A stretch of 61,836 bases of DNA, filler included, from 4 parts of 4 records of this genome joined end to end with filler, not necessarily neighbours in it, one strand, 5' to 3'; positions 9,146 to 22,665 are shown, numbered from the whole stretch's first letter. Made by a program: numbers and translations. Notes: generated by a model not told the origin, from the letters alone.

Positions 9146-10018
9146 ATGGCGAATTCAGGCATCATACTGGTGGCGTCAGCGGCGCTGTTCTGGGGACTGT
9201 CCGGCGGAATAGCCGGCATTCTCATCAACGACGATTGGAATGCCGTTTTAGTATCTTTTTGCCGGGGTGCTGTCGGGCTTATATTTGTGCTGATGTGGTT
9301 GGTTTTAAGACCACGTAATAGTGGGCTCACTAACAGTAAGTTATGGTTATGGTCTATCATCGCCGGGTTTGGGGTCTCCGGAAATTTCGCTTTTTATTTC
9401 TTAAGTATTTCTGAGAGCAGCGTTGCCGTTGCAGCGACACTCATGTATTGCGCCCCCATATTTGTCTACCTAATTTCTTTCGCCGTTAAAATTGAACGCC
9501 CCACGTTAAGCAAATGTGCTGCAATATTGTTAGTCATGGCTGGTGTCCTATTGCTCACCCGTGTGTATCAAGTCGACAGCGGTGGTATCACTTCTATAGG
9601 CGTCATAGCCGGACTTCTTTCAGGTATGTCACTGGCGCTTTTTATTTTTGGTTTTAAATACGCAGCCAGGCAAGGCAGTCCTCAGGCCGTTCTTGCAATC
9701 GCGTTTTCTACACTGACATTGATTCTGGGCACATTAATCGATATCGAGGAAGCAGGCAGAGTCGTCAACTCCGTGGACTGGCCGCTCTTTGCTATTCTCG
9801 GAGTACTGGGTGGCGGCGCATCCTTTATTCTTTATATTATTGGGCTGAGAAGAACGTTGCCAGCACTGGCGTCCATAGTGGCGACAATAGAACCCGTTAC
9901 GGCCGCGCTATTCGGCGTCATCATTTTAGGTGAGGTTCTGGCTTACACTCAGGTACTCGGAATGCTGATAATACTGGCTACGGTCACTGCTCTGGGCGTT
10001 TATTCCAGCAAACAGTGA
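9146..10018 (+). CDS. DMT/EamA family transporter
   Basis: About ten TM helices, LMYCAPIFV, ATIEPVTAALFG; ATG at 9146 preferred over TTG at 9134. Confidence 0.85.
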   Translation: MANSGIILVASAALFWGLSGGIAGILINDDWNAVLVSFCRGAVGLIFVLMWLVLRPRNSGLTNSKLWLWSIIAGFGVSGNFAFYFLSISESSVAVAATLMYCAPIFVYLISFAVKIERPTLSKCAAILLVMAGVLLLTRVYQVDSGGITSIGVIAGLLSGMSLALFIFGFKYAARQGSPQAVLAIAFSTLTLILGTLIDIEEAGRVVNSVDWPLFAILGVLGGGASFILYIIGLRRTLPALASIVATIEPVTAALFGVIILGEVLAYTQVLGMLIILATVTALGVYSSKQ

Positions 10019-10104
10019 AGCTTTTACTTAGATTACCTCAGTATATTTGCGCGGAACCCTGTTACAATAACCACAGAAACCTGACACAGAAAGTGGCCCC
10101 TTTA

Positions 10105-11529
10105 ATGCCTATAAATACGCTTGAACATATCTCGGATAACACTTCTGAGACTTCACCTGAACTCCTTCACTTTAATCAACTGAACCTGCCGCCAGCGTTA
10201 CTGACACGGCTTGATGAAATTGGTTATCAACAAATGACACCGGTGCAGTCCTTAAGCTTGCCGGTTATTTTAAATAATACCGACGCTGTTGTTCGCGCGG
10301 ATACCGGTTCAGGAAAAACCACCGCTTTTTCGTTGACTTTGCTGGCAAAGCTGGATGCAAAAAGCTTTTCGCCACAGGCGTTGGTGTTGTGTCCTACTCG
10401 TGAACTCGCCCATCAGGTTGCTGACGAGGTTCGTAAGCTGGCTAAATCAATGCTTAATATCAAAATACTGACCCTGTGCGGTGGCGAGCCATCGCGTATT
10501 CAGACCAACTCGCTAGAGCATGGCGCTCATGTATTGGTTGGCACACCCGGGCGGGTACTTGATCATCTTGAGCAGCGCAATGTTGATTTGTCCATGTTGA
10601 CGACTCTGGTTCTTGATGAAGCCGACCGAATGTTAGAAATGGGATTTCAGGACAGCCTCAACGCCATCGTTAAACACATTCCAAAAACACGACAGACATT
10701 ATTATTCAGTGCCACCTACCCTAAAAATATCGCCGCGTTAGCAGAACAGGTGACAACTAAGGCAAGAAATATTGAGGCCATTCAAGAGCAGGCAAAGCCA
10801 CAAATCGAACAGCTCTTTTATGCCATGAATAATGAAGACAGCGCACAGCTGGTAATGAATTTACTGGGCGATCATCAACCCGAAAACTGTCTGGTTTTCT
10901 GCAACACCAAGAACGAAGTAAAAGACATTTTTAACACACTTAGGGCCAATAAATTCAGCGTATTGGCTCTGCATGGTGAGCTTGAACAAAAAGATCGCGA
11001 TCAGGCGATTATACAATTTAGTAATGGCAGTGCTCGCGTACTCATTGCAACCGATGTCGCTTCCCGTGGGCTGGATATCGCCGAACTTGATTTAGTGATT
11101 AGCGTTAATATGGCTCATGATTTAGACACTCATACCCACCGCATAGGTCGTACTGGACGCGCGGGCAAAGAAGGCGTCGCAATAACCTTAATTGCAGAAA
11201 AAGATGATTATAAAATGCGTTTGCTTGAGGATACTTTTGCGGCGCCTATTCAAGTACAGCCTGCGCCAGCGCTGTCTAACAACAAACCGTTGAAAGCGAA
11301 TATGTCGACCATACAAGTCAGTGGCGGGAAAAAAGACAAGTTGAGACCGGGTGACATTGTTGGTGCCCTAACGAAGGATAACGTTTTAAGTGCTGACGAC
11401 ATTGGAAAAATAAAGCTGGAAAGTACCTTTGGTTTTGTTGCGGTAAACTCCCGTTTGGCTAAGCACGCTTTAGGGCTTATCAATAATAATAAAATAAAAG
11501 GTAAGAAGTTTCGGGCGAAAGTACTTTAA
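10105..11529 (+). CDS. dbpA: ATP-dependent RNA helicase DbpA
   Basis: TGSGKT, PTRELA, DEAD, SAT, HRIGRTGR, C-terminal GGKKDKLRPGDIVGAL domain; start approximate. Confidence 0.92.
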   Translation: MPINTLEHISDNTSETSPELLHFNQLNLPPALLTRLDEIGYQQMTPVQSLSLPVILNNTDAVVRADTGSGKTTAFSLTLLAKLDAKSFSPQALVLCPTRELAHQVADEVRKLAKSMLNIKILTLCGGEPSRIQTNSLEHGAHVLVGTPGRVLDHLEQRNVDLSMLTTLVLDEADRMLEMGFQDSLNAIVKHIPKTRQTLLFSATYPKNIAALAEQVTTKARNIEAIQEQAKPQIEQLFYAMNNEDSAQLVMNLLGDHQPENCLVFCNTKNEVKDIFNTLRANKFSVLALHGELEQKDRDQAIIQFSNGSARVLIATDVASRGLDIAELDLVISVNMAHDLDTHTHRIGRTGRAGKEGVAITLIAEKDDYKMRLLEDTFAAPIQVQPAPALSNNKPLKANMSTIQVSGGKKDKLRPGDIVGALTKDNVLSADDIGKIKLESTFGFVAVNSRLAKHALGLINNNKIKGKKFRAKVL

Positions 11530-11567
11530 TTCCCGGTGCCTCAGCCTGCTCTCTTAAATGACAATGT

Positions 11568-11612
11568 AAAAAGCGGTGATACTCTCTTGGTTCTGAAGAG
11601 AATACCACCGCT
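11568..11612 (-). terminator. katG terminator (between convergent dbpA and katG)
   Basis: Minus strand GCGGTGGTATTCTCTT-CAGAACC-AAGAGAGTATCACCGC-TTTTT, a 16-bp stem with G:U pairs. Confidence 0.8.
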
Positions 11613-11626
11613 CACACGCTTAACTA

Positions 11627-13888
<2,262 letters not shown>

Positions 13889-14116
13889 TTACCCTTTTCG
13901 TTAGACACAATAAGTGCGTCAGTAATATAAAACAAACGCAGTGTTTTAGGGGGCTCAGATAGGCTCGAAAAATAGATTGCCATAATCGGATTGTCTGTCT
14001 TAACCAAAAAATTTGAGTCATAAATATGTTAAGAATGTTTAAAAATTGAGGTAAAAATAACGATCTGGGTATATACCTACAACTAAGTTAATTGTTAAAA
14101 CAGTGTAGGTTTTATT

Positions 14117-16933
14117 ATGAATAAACACAGAAAAAGCTACTTATCACTCTGTACTCTTGCCGCTTTAAGTTCATTTACTCTCCCCCCTCAGGTACTTGCT
14201 ATGCAGCAAGATCGCAGTGAAGATGATGAAGAGGCAATGGAAAAAATTACTGTGGTAGGCAGTAATATTAGAGGGGCGCAGGCTGCCGGACGACTCCCGG
14301 TGACTATCCTCGACTCAGATGACATCATTAATACAGGCGCTGTTACTGGAGATGAGCTGCTTCGCTCTATTCCTCAAGTGGGCGATATCAGTTTTAACAA
14401 CGAGCGATCTATTGGTGGCGTTAATGATGCCCGTGGCGATGTCGCTTCCATTAACTTGCGAGGCATAGGCACAGGTAATACCTTAACTCTGCTGAACGGT
14501 CGTCGCCTGGTTTTGCACCCGGGAACCCAGACCGAGAATTTTGTTCCTGTTACCACAGTAAACTCAAACACCCTTCCGGTAACCGGCTTAAGACGACTTG
14601 AAGTACTTCGTGATGGTGCCTCAGCACTTTATGGAACCGATGCCGTAGCTGGTGTCGTTAATTATGTGCTGAAAAAAGAAGTCACTCAAACTCAGTTAAA
14701 CCTGAGCGCCGGCAACGCTGAAGGAACTTCAATGCAACAGTACCTTGCCAGCGGTTCAACCGGCGTATTTTTTAACGACAATAAAAGCCATTTAAGTCTG
14801 TCTTTCGCTTATTACACCCGTGATGAAATTGGCGCCAATGAACGCCCATATTCAGCCAGTGAAGACCGGCGGTTTAACGACAGAATTCCAGATGCATTTG
14901 TTGGTGATACCCAATTAGACAACCGTTCGTTATCCAGCCCCTGGGCAATATACGATGGCGAAAATATTGGCCGTTTCCATATTCGCCCGGAATCTATGGG
15001 TGATTGCTTTCAAACTTTGTCTGATGGAGTCTGTGCTGCCGAAGGTTCCATTCCCAGAGATATGCGTTACGACTCAGCTCAGGATCAGAGCATGACCTCG
15101 GCAATAGACCGGGTAAACCTATTTGCTTATTACACACATTCTCTTGCGCCTAACTTAGAGCTTTTTGGCGAGGCCTTATACTACGAGGCGCTATCTAAGC
15201 GTCGCCGCGAGCAAAATGCCAACCTTACTGCGCAGCGCTTCACCATTAGCGAGGATGCCGCTTACAACCCATTTGGCGAAACCGTAACATTACGCAACAT
15301 ACGGCCAATGGATGTCGGCCCAAGAAGAATAGAAGTTGAAGACTCCAGTTACCGTCTACTGGGAGGCATAAAAGGTTACTCAAAACAGTGGGAATGGGAA
15401 TCCGCCCTGCTCTATTCCAGAGCTGACACGCTGGATACAGGCTATAACCGCATCCGCGTAAGTGCGCTGCAACAGGCGATTAACTCAACCAATATTGAAG
15501 AAGCTTATAACCCATTTATTGGCGGTAATCCGGAGAACGTAAATAACGGAACATCCGTTTATAACTCAGCCGCTGTTATAGCCGGACTGACTGAAGACAT
15601 AACCCGGGATAGCACTAGTGAGCTGGCGCAATGGGATTTCAAACTATCCAACCCGGCATTGGCAAACTGGTACGCAGGCGACATTGGAATTGCCGCGGGG
15701 GTCGAGTATCGTTACGAAGCCTACGCCGATGACCGACATTATTTGCTGGATGGCTCTACCCCTTTCTACGATCAAATCACTGGCGAGCTCATGACCAACT
15801 CCGATGTTCTGGGAAGCAGCTTTACACCGGACTCAGAAGGCAGTCGTAACGTTTTTTCCGCTTATACTGAGCTCCTGGTACCGCTGCACGAAACCATTGA
15901 CATGCAACTGGCGCTTCGTTACGAAAGATTCAGTGACGTCGGCAACGTAACCAAACCTAAAGTCGCCCTGAGCTGGTTACCGGTTGACTGGCTGCAATTA
16001 AGAGCATCGTACTCCGGCGGTTTCCGCGCACCCAACTTACCTCAGGTAGTTGAAGAAAGCGTGTCGCGAACCAACTCCAGAACCGATCCTGTTATTGATG
16101 ACCGCTACAGCATAACCGAGATTAGAGGCGGTAATAGCAAACTCACACCAGAAGACGACGAAATTTATAACGTTGGTTTTGCCATTACCCCTTTTGAAAA
16201 CTTTCTTATTACTGTCGACCGCTGGACAATTGAGCAGGAAAACGTAGTCGGAATTTTAAACAGCCAAACCCACTTACTTTATGATTCACTGCTACGCTCA
16301 CAAGGCAGCTCAAATCCTGCCGTTATACGTAACGATGATCTGGAGGTCGTTTACGTAAATAATCAATACGACAACCTTGAAGTTCGTGAAATTTCCGGTA
16401 CCGATATCAGTATTAATTATGAAGTTAACAGTGAAGCCTTTGGTTTATTCAACTTTTCGATCAACGCAGCTCACTTGCGTAAATTTATGCAAACCCCGGA
16501 CCCTATAAGTGCCATTGTTCTGGAAGCTCAGGAAAATGGTAACCCCGCTGTCCCTATTGACATTCCGGTGGTTGGCGCAGGTGATTTACGGCAAATGGAC
16601 GGGAACCCTAAATGGCGTTCGTTTGCTCGTCTAGACTGGGATCTCGGGAACTGGGGCGCTGGTATACGAGTCAACTATGTTGATGACTTTTACGAAACTA
16701 GCGTAACAACGTCTGATGGAGACATGATGCCAATTGATAGCTGGATCACAACCGATATCTATCTCGACTACTACTTTAGTCAGGAGTCACTCGACGGCTT
16801 AAGTCTGCGAATAGGTGCCCGCAATCTGGCTGATAAAAAACCGCCCATTGCAGATGAAAGCTTCGGTTACTTTTCCGATGTTCACTCAAACCGTGGACGT
16901 TATACATACGCCACTTTGTCGTGGGCATTTTAG
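14117..16933 (+). CDS. TonB-dependent receptor
   Basis: Signal peptide, TonB box EKITVVGS, plug NLRGIG..TLTLLNGRR, EVLRDGASALYGTDAVAGVVN, terminal WAF. Confidence 0.95.
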   Translation: MNKHRKSYLSLCTLAALSSFTLPPQVLAMQQDRSEDDEEAMEKITVVGSNIRGAQAAGRLPVTILDSDDIINTGAVTGDELLRSIPQVGDISFNNERSIGGVNDARGDVASINLRGIGTGNTLTLLNGRRLVLHPGTQTENFVPVTTVNSNTLPVTGLRRLEVLRDGASALYGTDAVAGVVNYVLKKEVTQTQLNLSAGNAEGTSMQQYLASGSTGVFFNDNKSHLSLSFAYYTRDEIGANERPYSASEDRRFNDRIPDAFVGDTQLDNRSLSSPWAIYDGENIGRFHIRPESMGDCFQTLSDGVCAAEGSIPRDMRYDSAQDQSMTSAIDRVNLFAYYTHSLAPNLELFGEALYYEALSKRRREQNANLTAQRFTISEDAAYNPFGETVTLRNIRPMDVGPRRIEVEDSSYRLLGGIKGYSKQWEWESALLYSRADTLDTGYNRIRVSALQQAINSTNIEEAYNPFIGGNPENVNNGTSVYNSAAVIAGLTEDITRDSTSELAQWDFKLSNPALANWYAGDIGIAAGVEYRYEAYADDRHYLLDGSTPFYDQITGELMTNSDVLGSSFTPDSEGSRNVFSAYTELLVPLHETIDMQLALRYERFSDVGNVTKPKVALSWLPVDWLQLRASYSGGFRAPNLPQVVEESVSRTNSRTDPVIDDRYSITEIRGGNSKLTPEDDEIYNVGFAITPFENFLITVDRWTIEQENVVGILNSQTHLLYDSLLRSQGSSNPAVIRNDDLEVVYVNNQYDNLEVREISGTDISINYEVNSEAFGLFNFSINAAHLRKFMQTPDPISAIVLEAQENGNPAVPIDIPVVGAGDLRQMDGNPKWRSFARLDWDLGNWGAGIRVNYVDDFYETSVTTSDGDMMPIDSWITTDIYLDYYFSQESLDGLSLRIGARNLADKKPPIADESFGYFSDVHSNRGRYTYATLSWAF

Positions 16934-16941
16934 GAGTATAA

Positions 16942-18111
16942 ATGCTCACACTAGCTAATGTTGCGTTATTAAGCCAGTTAGCACTTCAGCAGCCTGAAGA
17001 GACGGATAAAAAACCGAAGGACTGCTCTTTTGAGCAGATCGAGTTCACTATCAATTTTGCTGTGGGACGCCTGAACCATTGTGAGAAAACAGGTGATAAT
17101 CAATACAGGCTTTTTCTGGAGCCTGAACGAGAGAAAATTAACCCAAGTCCCTGGTATGCTTTTGCGGTAAAAAATAAAGCTGAAACAAGCCAAACAATCG
17201 ATATTACTTTGGTCGCCAGTGAAGGGGTTTCGCGATATAAACCCAAACGCAGCGAAGGCGATGATATTTGGCACGCAATTCCATTTTCTGAAGGCGACGG
17301 CACGCTTCAGTTTGAATTAACCCTTTCAGGCCAAACCAAAGAGTATATTGCCGGACAAGAGATTATTGATAACGTTCATTATATTGAGTGGCTCAGTAGT
17401 CTTATTAAAGAGCCGCAACAGACCGAAGTTATTTCTCTTGGTGTCTCCAGTGAAGGACGTAACCTGGCAGCTCTGGAGCATAGAGTTGAGTCCAGCGATA
17501 AATGGATAATTTTAATTGGCCGTCAACACCCTCCCGAAGTTACCGGCGCGTTAGCACTACTACATTTTGGTGAGTTGCTGTTTAGCGACGAGCCTTACGT
17601 CGTTAAATTTCGACAAAAGTACAACATTCTATTGGTGCCCAATATGAATCCGGATGGGGTCTACCATGGGAACTGGCGCTTAACCGCGGCAGGCATCGAT
17701 ATGAACAGAGACTGGAAAAATCTGACCCTACCGGAAACTCAGGCCATGGCTAATTATCTTAAAAAGCTGGTTAAAGACGGCGGGGAAATTGAATTTGCAA
17801 TTGACTTCCATTCTACCCGAAAAAATGTCTTTTACACCATGCCTAAAGACTACGAACCCCTCAGCGGCGTGCCTTTGAGAAACCCTCAAAGAGTCTACAA
17901 CTGGATTGAGGAAATTGAAGAACTTGTCGGTTCAGTAGAACTTGATTATCAGCCTGGAGCTCATCCTGAAAGTGGTGTTTTTAAGCAGTTCATCGCTGAT
18001 GAATTTGCCGCGCACGCCGTGACCTATGAAGTAAGTGACAACGAAGAACGCAATAACATTAAAAAAGTTGCGGAAGCCGCCCTCATCTCTTTAATTAATC
18101 GCTTAGATTAA
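16942..18111 (+). CDS. M14 zinc carboxypeptidase-family protein
   Basis: RQHPPE, NPDG, DMNRDW, IDFHST, terminal TYE motif. Confidence 0.88.
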   Translation: MLTLANVALLSQLALQQPEETDKKPKDCSFEQIEFTINFAVGRLNHCEKTGDNQYRLFLEPEREKINPSPWYAFAVKNKAETSQTIDITLVASEGVSRYKPKRSEGDDIWHAIPFSEGDGTLQFELTLSGQTKEYIAGQEIIDNVHYIEWLSSLIKEPQQTEVISLGVSSEGRNLAALEHRVESSDKWIILIGRQHPPEVTGALALLHFGELLFSDEPYVVKFRQKYNILLVPNMNPDGVYHGNWRLTAAGIDMNRDWKNLTLPETQAMANYLKKLVKDGGEIEFAIDFHSTRKNVFYTMPKDYEPLSGVPLRNPQRVYNWIEEIEELVGSVELDYQPGAHPESGVFKQFIADEFAAHAVTYEVSDNEERNNIKKVAEAALISLINRLD

Positions 18112-18216
18112 AGGTTTCGTAAAGGGCATTGCTGACTGCCACGGGTGTAGCTAGCTTTAAATAGAGATAACCGCTTGGTTACTTTTGAATAGTTACTCTC
18201 AACTTAAGGAAGAATT

Positions 18217-18825
18217 ATGAAGAAAACATTAATTGCAATTGCATTGATTGGAACTTCAACTAGCGCCTTTGCCGACTCTCCTAACTGGGATAAAATTCAG
18301 GCGTCCTACATAGAAACCGATATTGAAACACCTATCGACGACGATATTACAATGGATGGTTATGCCGTAGCCGGCTCGCTTTCACTAACTGACTCAATTT
18401 TTGTGCTGGCCAATTTCGACTCCGTTGGTGACGAATCGGATTTCGGTGACGTTGATTTAGACTCACTTAACGCAGGTATCGGCTTTAATCACGGTATCAC
18501 AGAGTCAACTGACGTTTTCGCTACAGTTACTTATGAAAAGCTTGAACTTGTTGGCTCAGTAGACGACCTTGGTTCAGAGTCTTTCGATGAATCAGGATAC
18601 GGAGCAGGCGTTGGCATTCGTTCAATGATCACCGACTTTTTTGAGCTATCGGTGAAAGCTGATTATCTGGACATTGATGACGAAAATGGTATTCGTTATG
18701 ACGCTTCAGCTTTCTTTCATTTAACTAACAACCTTTCTCTAGGTGTTGGTTATAAACTCTACGATTTAGACGAAATCGATCAGGACGTCGATACTGTCGC
18801 CGCAACAGTTCGGTACAGTTTCTAA
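18217..18825 (+). CDS. Small acidic outer-membrane beta-barrel protein
   Basis: Signal peptide AFA-D, beta-strand pattern, C-terminal YSF; resembles 319-876. Confidence 0.8.
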   Translation: MKKTLIAIALIGTSTSAFADSPNWDKIQASYIETDIETPIDDDITMDGYAVAGSLSLTDSIFVLANFDSVGDESDFGDVDLDSLNAGIGFNHGITESTDVFATVTYEKLELVGSVDDLGSESFDESGYGAGVGIRSMITDFFELSVKADYLDIDDENGIRYDASAFFHLTNNLSLGVGYKLYDLDEIDQDVDTVAATVRYSF

Positions 18826-19045
18826 CTCTTAGCCTGAATGCTTAAACGCTGGCGTGTCACCTTATATAGAGACACGTCAGCACACCTCTACAACATTTCT
18901 AACCTCTCTAATTCATTATTTTTACTGCAAAAAACCGATCTAACTTTAAGAAACGTCCGTAGCTCTCTATACTCTATTAGTAAATTTAGAATAAACGCTT
19001 AAATTCAAAGCGTAAAAACACCTATTTTTATACAGGGGAGAGCAA

Positions 19046-20740
19046 ATGAATAAAAAAGAAGAGGAAGTGCTCCGCGGGGACAAAGACCTCGAGCGCGAGC
19101 GCAAAGCCGACGACCCAATGATTCCTGACGGTGAAGTCAACCCAATCGATACGGATTACCAAGTAGGACAAGATAACGTTGTTATGAAAGTAGGACCTTT
19201 TGGTCTGGATTTCCATAACCGCGTATTCGCTATCTCCGGACTTGCGATCGTCGCCTTTGTGGTTATTACTTTAATGTTCCAGAATCAGGCGGAGCCGGTA
19301 TTCACAAGTACAAAAAATTGGTTAACGGCTAATTTAGACTGGTTCTTTATTGGTGCAGCTAATATTTTTGTGCTTCTGTGTCTATTCTTAATTGTTTCAC
19401 CATTAGGGAACGTGCGTTTAGGCGGCACTGAAGCAACCCCCGACTTTTCTTACCTGGGCTGGTTTTCAATGCTGTTTGCCGCAGGCATGGGTATTGGACT
19501 CATGTTTTACGGTGTCTCTGAGCCGATTACTCATTTTAGTGCTGCATTTGGTGGAACTGAGTTTAACGCGGATGGTATTCGTACCGACTCAGCACCTCTT
19601 GGCGGTGCTGGCGGTGACCAGGCTGCGGCAATAAAATTAGGCATGGCTGCAACCATTTTTCACTGGGCTCTGCACCCATGGGCTATTTACGCCGTTCTTG
19701 CTTTAGGTTTAGCCTTATTTTCTTTCAACAAAGGCTTACCATTAACAATACGCTCTATTTTTTACCCAATTCTGGGCGAGCGCGTATGGGGCTGGCCAGG
19801 ACATATCATTGATATTATCGCAATACTGGCAACCTTATTCGGTCTTGCAACATCACTTGGACTGGGGGCTTCTCAGGCGGCAGCAGGGTTAAACTTTCTA
19901 TTCGGCTGGGCTGAAGGTGATACCACCGATGTGCTGCTGGTTATGGGGATAACCGCTATCGCATTAATTTCAGTTCTTGCAGGCCTGGAAAAAGGTGTAC
20001 AGCGACTATCGCAAGTGAATATGTCACTGGCCGCTATTCTTATGCTGTTTGTCATTATTGTCGGCCCGACGGTAGCTATTTTCACCGGTTTCGCGGAAAA
20101 CCTTTACAATTACATTGTTAACCTCCCAGCCCTGTCAAATCCGGTTGGACGAGAAGACCTGGGTTACTCTCAAGGCTGGACATCGTTTTACTGGGCATGG
20201 TGGATTGCATGGTCACCTTTTGTAGGTATGTTTATTGCCCGCGTTTCAAGAGGCCGTACCGTACGTGAATTCTTAATTTCGGTACTATTGATACCTTCTC
20301 TGGCCTGCGTATTCTGGATGACAGTATTCGGTACCGCTGCAATAGAACAATTCGTTGCGGGAGCCGAACAAATAGCCAGTGAAAAGCTTTCACTCAAACT
20401 GTTTATTATGCTGGGAGGCTTGCCCTGGACAGAAGTAACCTCGTTTGTGGGTATTATTCTGGTTATGGTATTTTTCATTACCTCGTCTGATTCAGGCTCG
20501 CTGGTTATCGATACCATAAGCGCTGGCGGTAAAGTTGAAGCACCGGTACCTCAGCGTATATTCTGGTGTACGTTTGAAGGGTTAGTCGCAATTGCGCTGA
20601 TACTTGGCGGTGGTCTCGTTGCCCTGCAGGCAATGTCCTTATCCTTAGGCTTACCGTTTACCATTGTTTTATTGGCTTCCTGTTTTGCAGTCGTTCAGGG
20701 ATTGCGTTCCGAGCCAAGAGTTGGTAAACCTGCTAAGTAG
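19046..20740 (+). CDS. BCCT (betaine/carnitine/choline) transporter
   Basis: WFSMLFAAGMGIGLMFYG, FHWALHPWAIY, WAWWIAWSPFVGMFIARVSRGRT, TSSDSG. Confidence 0.95.
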   Translation: MNKKEEEVLRGDKDLERERKADDPMIPDGEVNPIDTDYQVGQDNVVMKVGPFGLDFHNRVFAISGLAIVAFVVITLMFQNQAEPVFTSTKNWLTANLDWFFIGAANIFVLLCLFLIVSPLGNVRLGGTEATPDFSYLGWFSMLFAAGMGIGLMFYGVSEPITHFSAAFGGTEFNADGIRTDSAPLGGAGGDQAAAIKLGMAATIFHWALHPWAIYAVLALGLALFSFNKGLPLTIRSIFYPILGERVWGWPGHIIDIIAILATLFGLATSLGLGASQAAAGLNFLFGWAEGDTTDVLLVMGITAIALISVLAGLEKGVQRLSQVNMSLAAILMLFVIIVGPTVAIFTGFAENLYNYIVNLPALSNPVGREDLGYSQGWTSFYWAWWIAWSPFVGMFIARVSRGRTVREFLISVLLIPSLACVFWMTVFGTAAIEQFVAGAEQIASEKLSLKLFIMLGGLPWTEVTSFVGIILVMVFFITSSDSGSLVIDTISAGGKVEAPVPQRIFWCTFEGLVAIALILGGGLVALQAMSLSLGLPFTIVLLASCFAVVQGLRSEPRVGKPAK

Positions 20741-20767
20741 CTATTAGCGAAAGCTCCTTACCCATTT

Positions 20768-20793
20768 AAAAGCGGCGCTGAAGCGCCGCTTTT
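20768..20793 (+). terminator. Hairpin/terminator after BCCT gene
   Basis: AAAAGCGGCGCT-GA-AGCGCCGCTTTT. Confidence 0.7.
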
Positions 20794-20811
20794 GCTATAA
20801 CAGGTACAATT

Positions 20812-22665
20812 ATGGAAGCCGAACATTTGGAAATTCTGAATTTTTTACGTCGTTTCCCTCCTTTCAATGAGTTACCTGAAGACGAACTTGTTGAGCTTGC
20901 CAAAAACACTGCAATCAGCTATTTCAAAGCCGGCTCTCAAGTACTTGAATATAATGAGTCAATTTCTGATTTATACGTCATTAGGAACGGTTCAGTAGAA
21001 ACCTACAACCGTAACGGCGACCTGTTTAATCGTTTAAGCGAAGGTGGTTTTTTTGGTGAAGCGGGTTTACTGCGTAAAGGCAAGGTTCGTTACCCTGTCA
21101 AAGCATTAGAAGATACGCTTATCTACTTTATTCCCGGCAGTTTGTTTAATCGCTTGTTCGATGAATACGACAGCTTTGCCGACGCAGTGGAAGTCGAAGG
21201 GCACAGGCGCGTAAATCAAGCCGTAAAAGAGCAGGAAAACCGTAATGAATCGCTTTCTGCGACCGTTGATACAATCATTACGCGCGAGCCGGTTTCTATT
21301 GATTTAAACGCCAGTATTCACGATGCTGCCGCAAAAATGACAGATGAAAAAGTATCATCATTACTTATTATCGATGAAACACAGCATCTTCCTGTGGGTA
21401 TTATAACGGACAAAGACCTACGCAAGCGTGTTCTGGCGGTAAACCGGTCCAGTACCCACCCCGTTTCTTCTATAATGACCGAGAACCTGACATTTGTTCA
21501 GCATAATAACCGCGTGTTCGAAGCTTTGTTGATAATGATGCGAACCAACCTTCACCATTTGCCGGTACTTAAAAAAGGTCAGGTTGTAGGCGTCATAGCT
21601 TTATCGGATGTGGCACAGCATGAGTCAAAAAGTACTCTGTTTATTGTCAGTGGTATTTTTAAGCAAAACTCTATTGAAGAGCTAACCGAACTTGCAGAAA
21701 GTGTCCGCGCCAGTTTTGTCCGCATGGTTAACGAAGATGCGAACTCGCGGATGATAGGTTCGGCAATGGCTACCATTGGTCGTTCGTTCAAACAGCGGCT
21801 TTTAGAGCTTGGCGAGGAGAAATTCGGACCGCCGCCGGTGCCCTACTGTTTCCTGGCTTTGGGTTCAATGGCACGTGACGAGCAAAGTATTGTCACGGAT
21901 CAGGACAACGCTATGGTTTTACACGACGATTTTGATCCCAAACAGCACGATGCCTACTTTAAAGAGTTAGCGGGCTTTGTGGCCGACGGTTTAAATGCCT
22001 GCGGCTATACCTATTGTACGGGCGGCATTATGGCCACCACCGATGCCTGGCGACAACCGTTAAAAGTGTGGAAAAACTACTTTACCGACTGGATTGAAAA
22101 CCCGTCACCGGAAAAGCTGCTGCACTCCTCCATATTTTTTGATTTGGACGGCGTCTGGGGGCAACAAAAATTCGCCGATGAGCTCAATTCACTGATACGA
22201 AAAAAAGCCAAAGGAAATAAACGGTTTTTAGGCTCTATGGCACGTAATGCGCTAAACCGCACGCCCCCTCTTGGCTTTTTTAAAGACTTTGTCATGGAAA
22301 AAGATGGCAAACACCGTGACAGCATCAATACCAAACGTCGCGGCACCGGCCCTGTTGCAGATTTGATCCGTGTTCATGCTCTGGCCATTGGTTCATCACA
22401 GCGCAATTCCTTTACTCGTCTTGAAGACATTATTGATTCACAAATTTTGCCACAAGGTCGCGGACCAGATTTACGTGATGCTCTGGAATTAATTTCTATG
22501 GTGAGAATTCGACATCAGGCGTTAGCCATTTCGGCTGGTGAAGTGCCTGACAATAACGTTGCTCCGGAAGACTTATCTCATTTTGAGCGTAAAAACTTAA
22601 AAGACGCCTTTCAAATTCTAAGTAACGCACAAAAATATTTGCGTTACCGTTACTCGGGAGGCTAG
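20812..22665 (+). CDS. cNMP-binding + CBS pair + DUF294 nucleotidyltransferase-like protein
   Basis: N-terminal cNMP domain (FGE), CBS (VGIITDKDL, HHLPV), ALGSMARDEQSIVTDQDN Pol-beta-type motif, C-terminal helical domain. Confidence 0.9.
   Translation: MEAEHLEILNFLRRFPPFNELPEDELVELAKNTAISYFKAGSQVLEYNESISDLYVIRNGSVETYNRNGDLFNRLSEGGFFGEAGLLRKGKVRYPVKALEDTLIYFIPGSLFNRLFDEYDSFADAVEVEGHRRVNQAVKEQENRNESLSATVDTIITREPVSIDLNASIHDAAAKMTDEKVSSLLIIDETQHLPVGIITDKDLRKRVLAVNRSSTHPVSSIMTENLTFVQHNNRVFEALLIMMRTNLHHLPVLKKGQVVGVIALSDVAQHESKSTLFIVSGIFKQNSIEELTELAESVRASFVRMVNEDANSRMIGSAMATIGRSFKQRLLELGEEKFGPPPVPYCFLALGSMARDEQSIVTDQDNAMVLHDDFDPKQHDAYFKELAGFVADGLNACGYTYCTGGIMATTDAWRQPLKVWKNYFTDWIENPSPEKLLHSSIFFDLDGVWGQQKFADELNSLIRKKAKGNKRFLGSMARNALNRTPPLGFFKDFVMEKDGKHRDSINTKRRGTGPVADLIRVHALAIGSSQRNSFTRLEDIIDSQILPQGRGPDLRDALELISMVRIRHQALAISAGEVPDNNVAPEDLSHFERKNLKDAFQILSNAQKYLRYRYSGG

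Noticed and set aside
13959-13995. OxyR site upstream of katG
   Set aside because: Only partial ATAG-N7 matches; the four-box pattern is not met.
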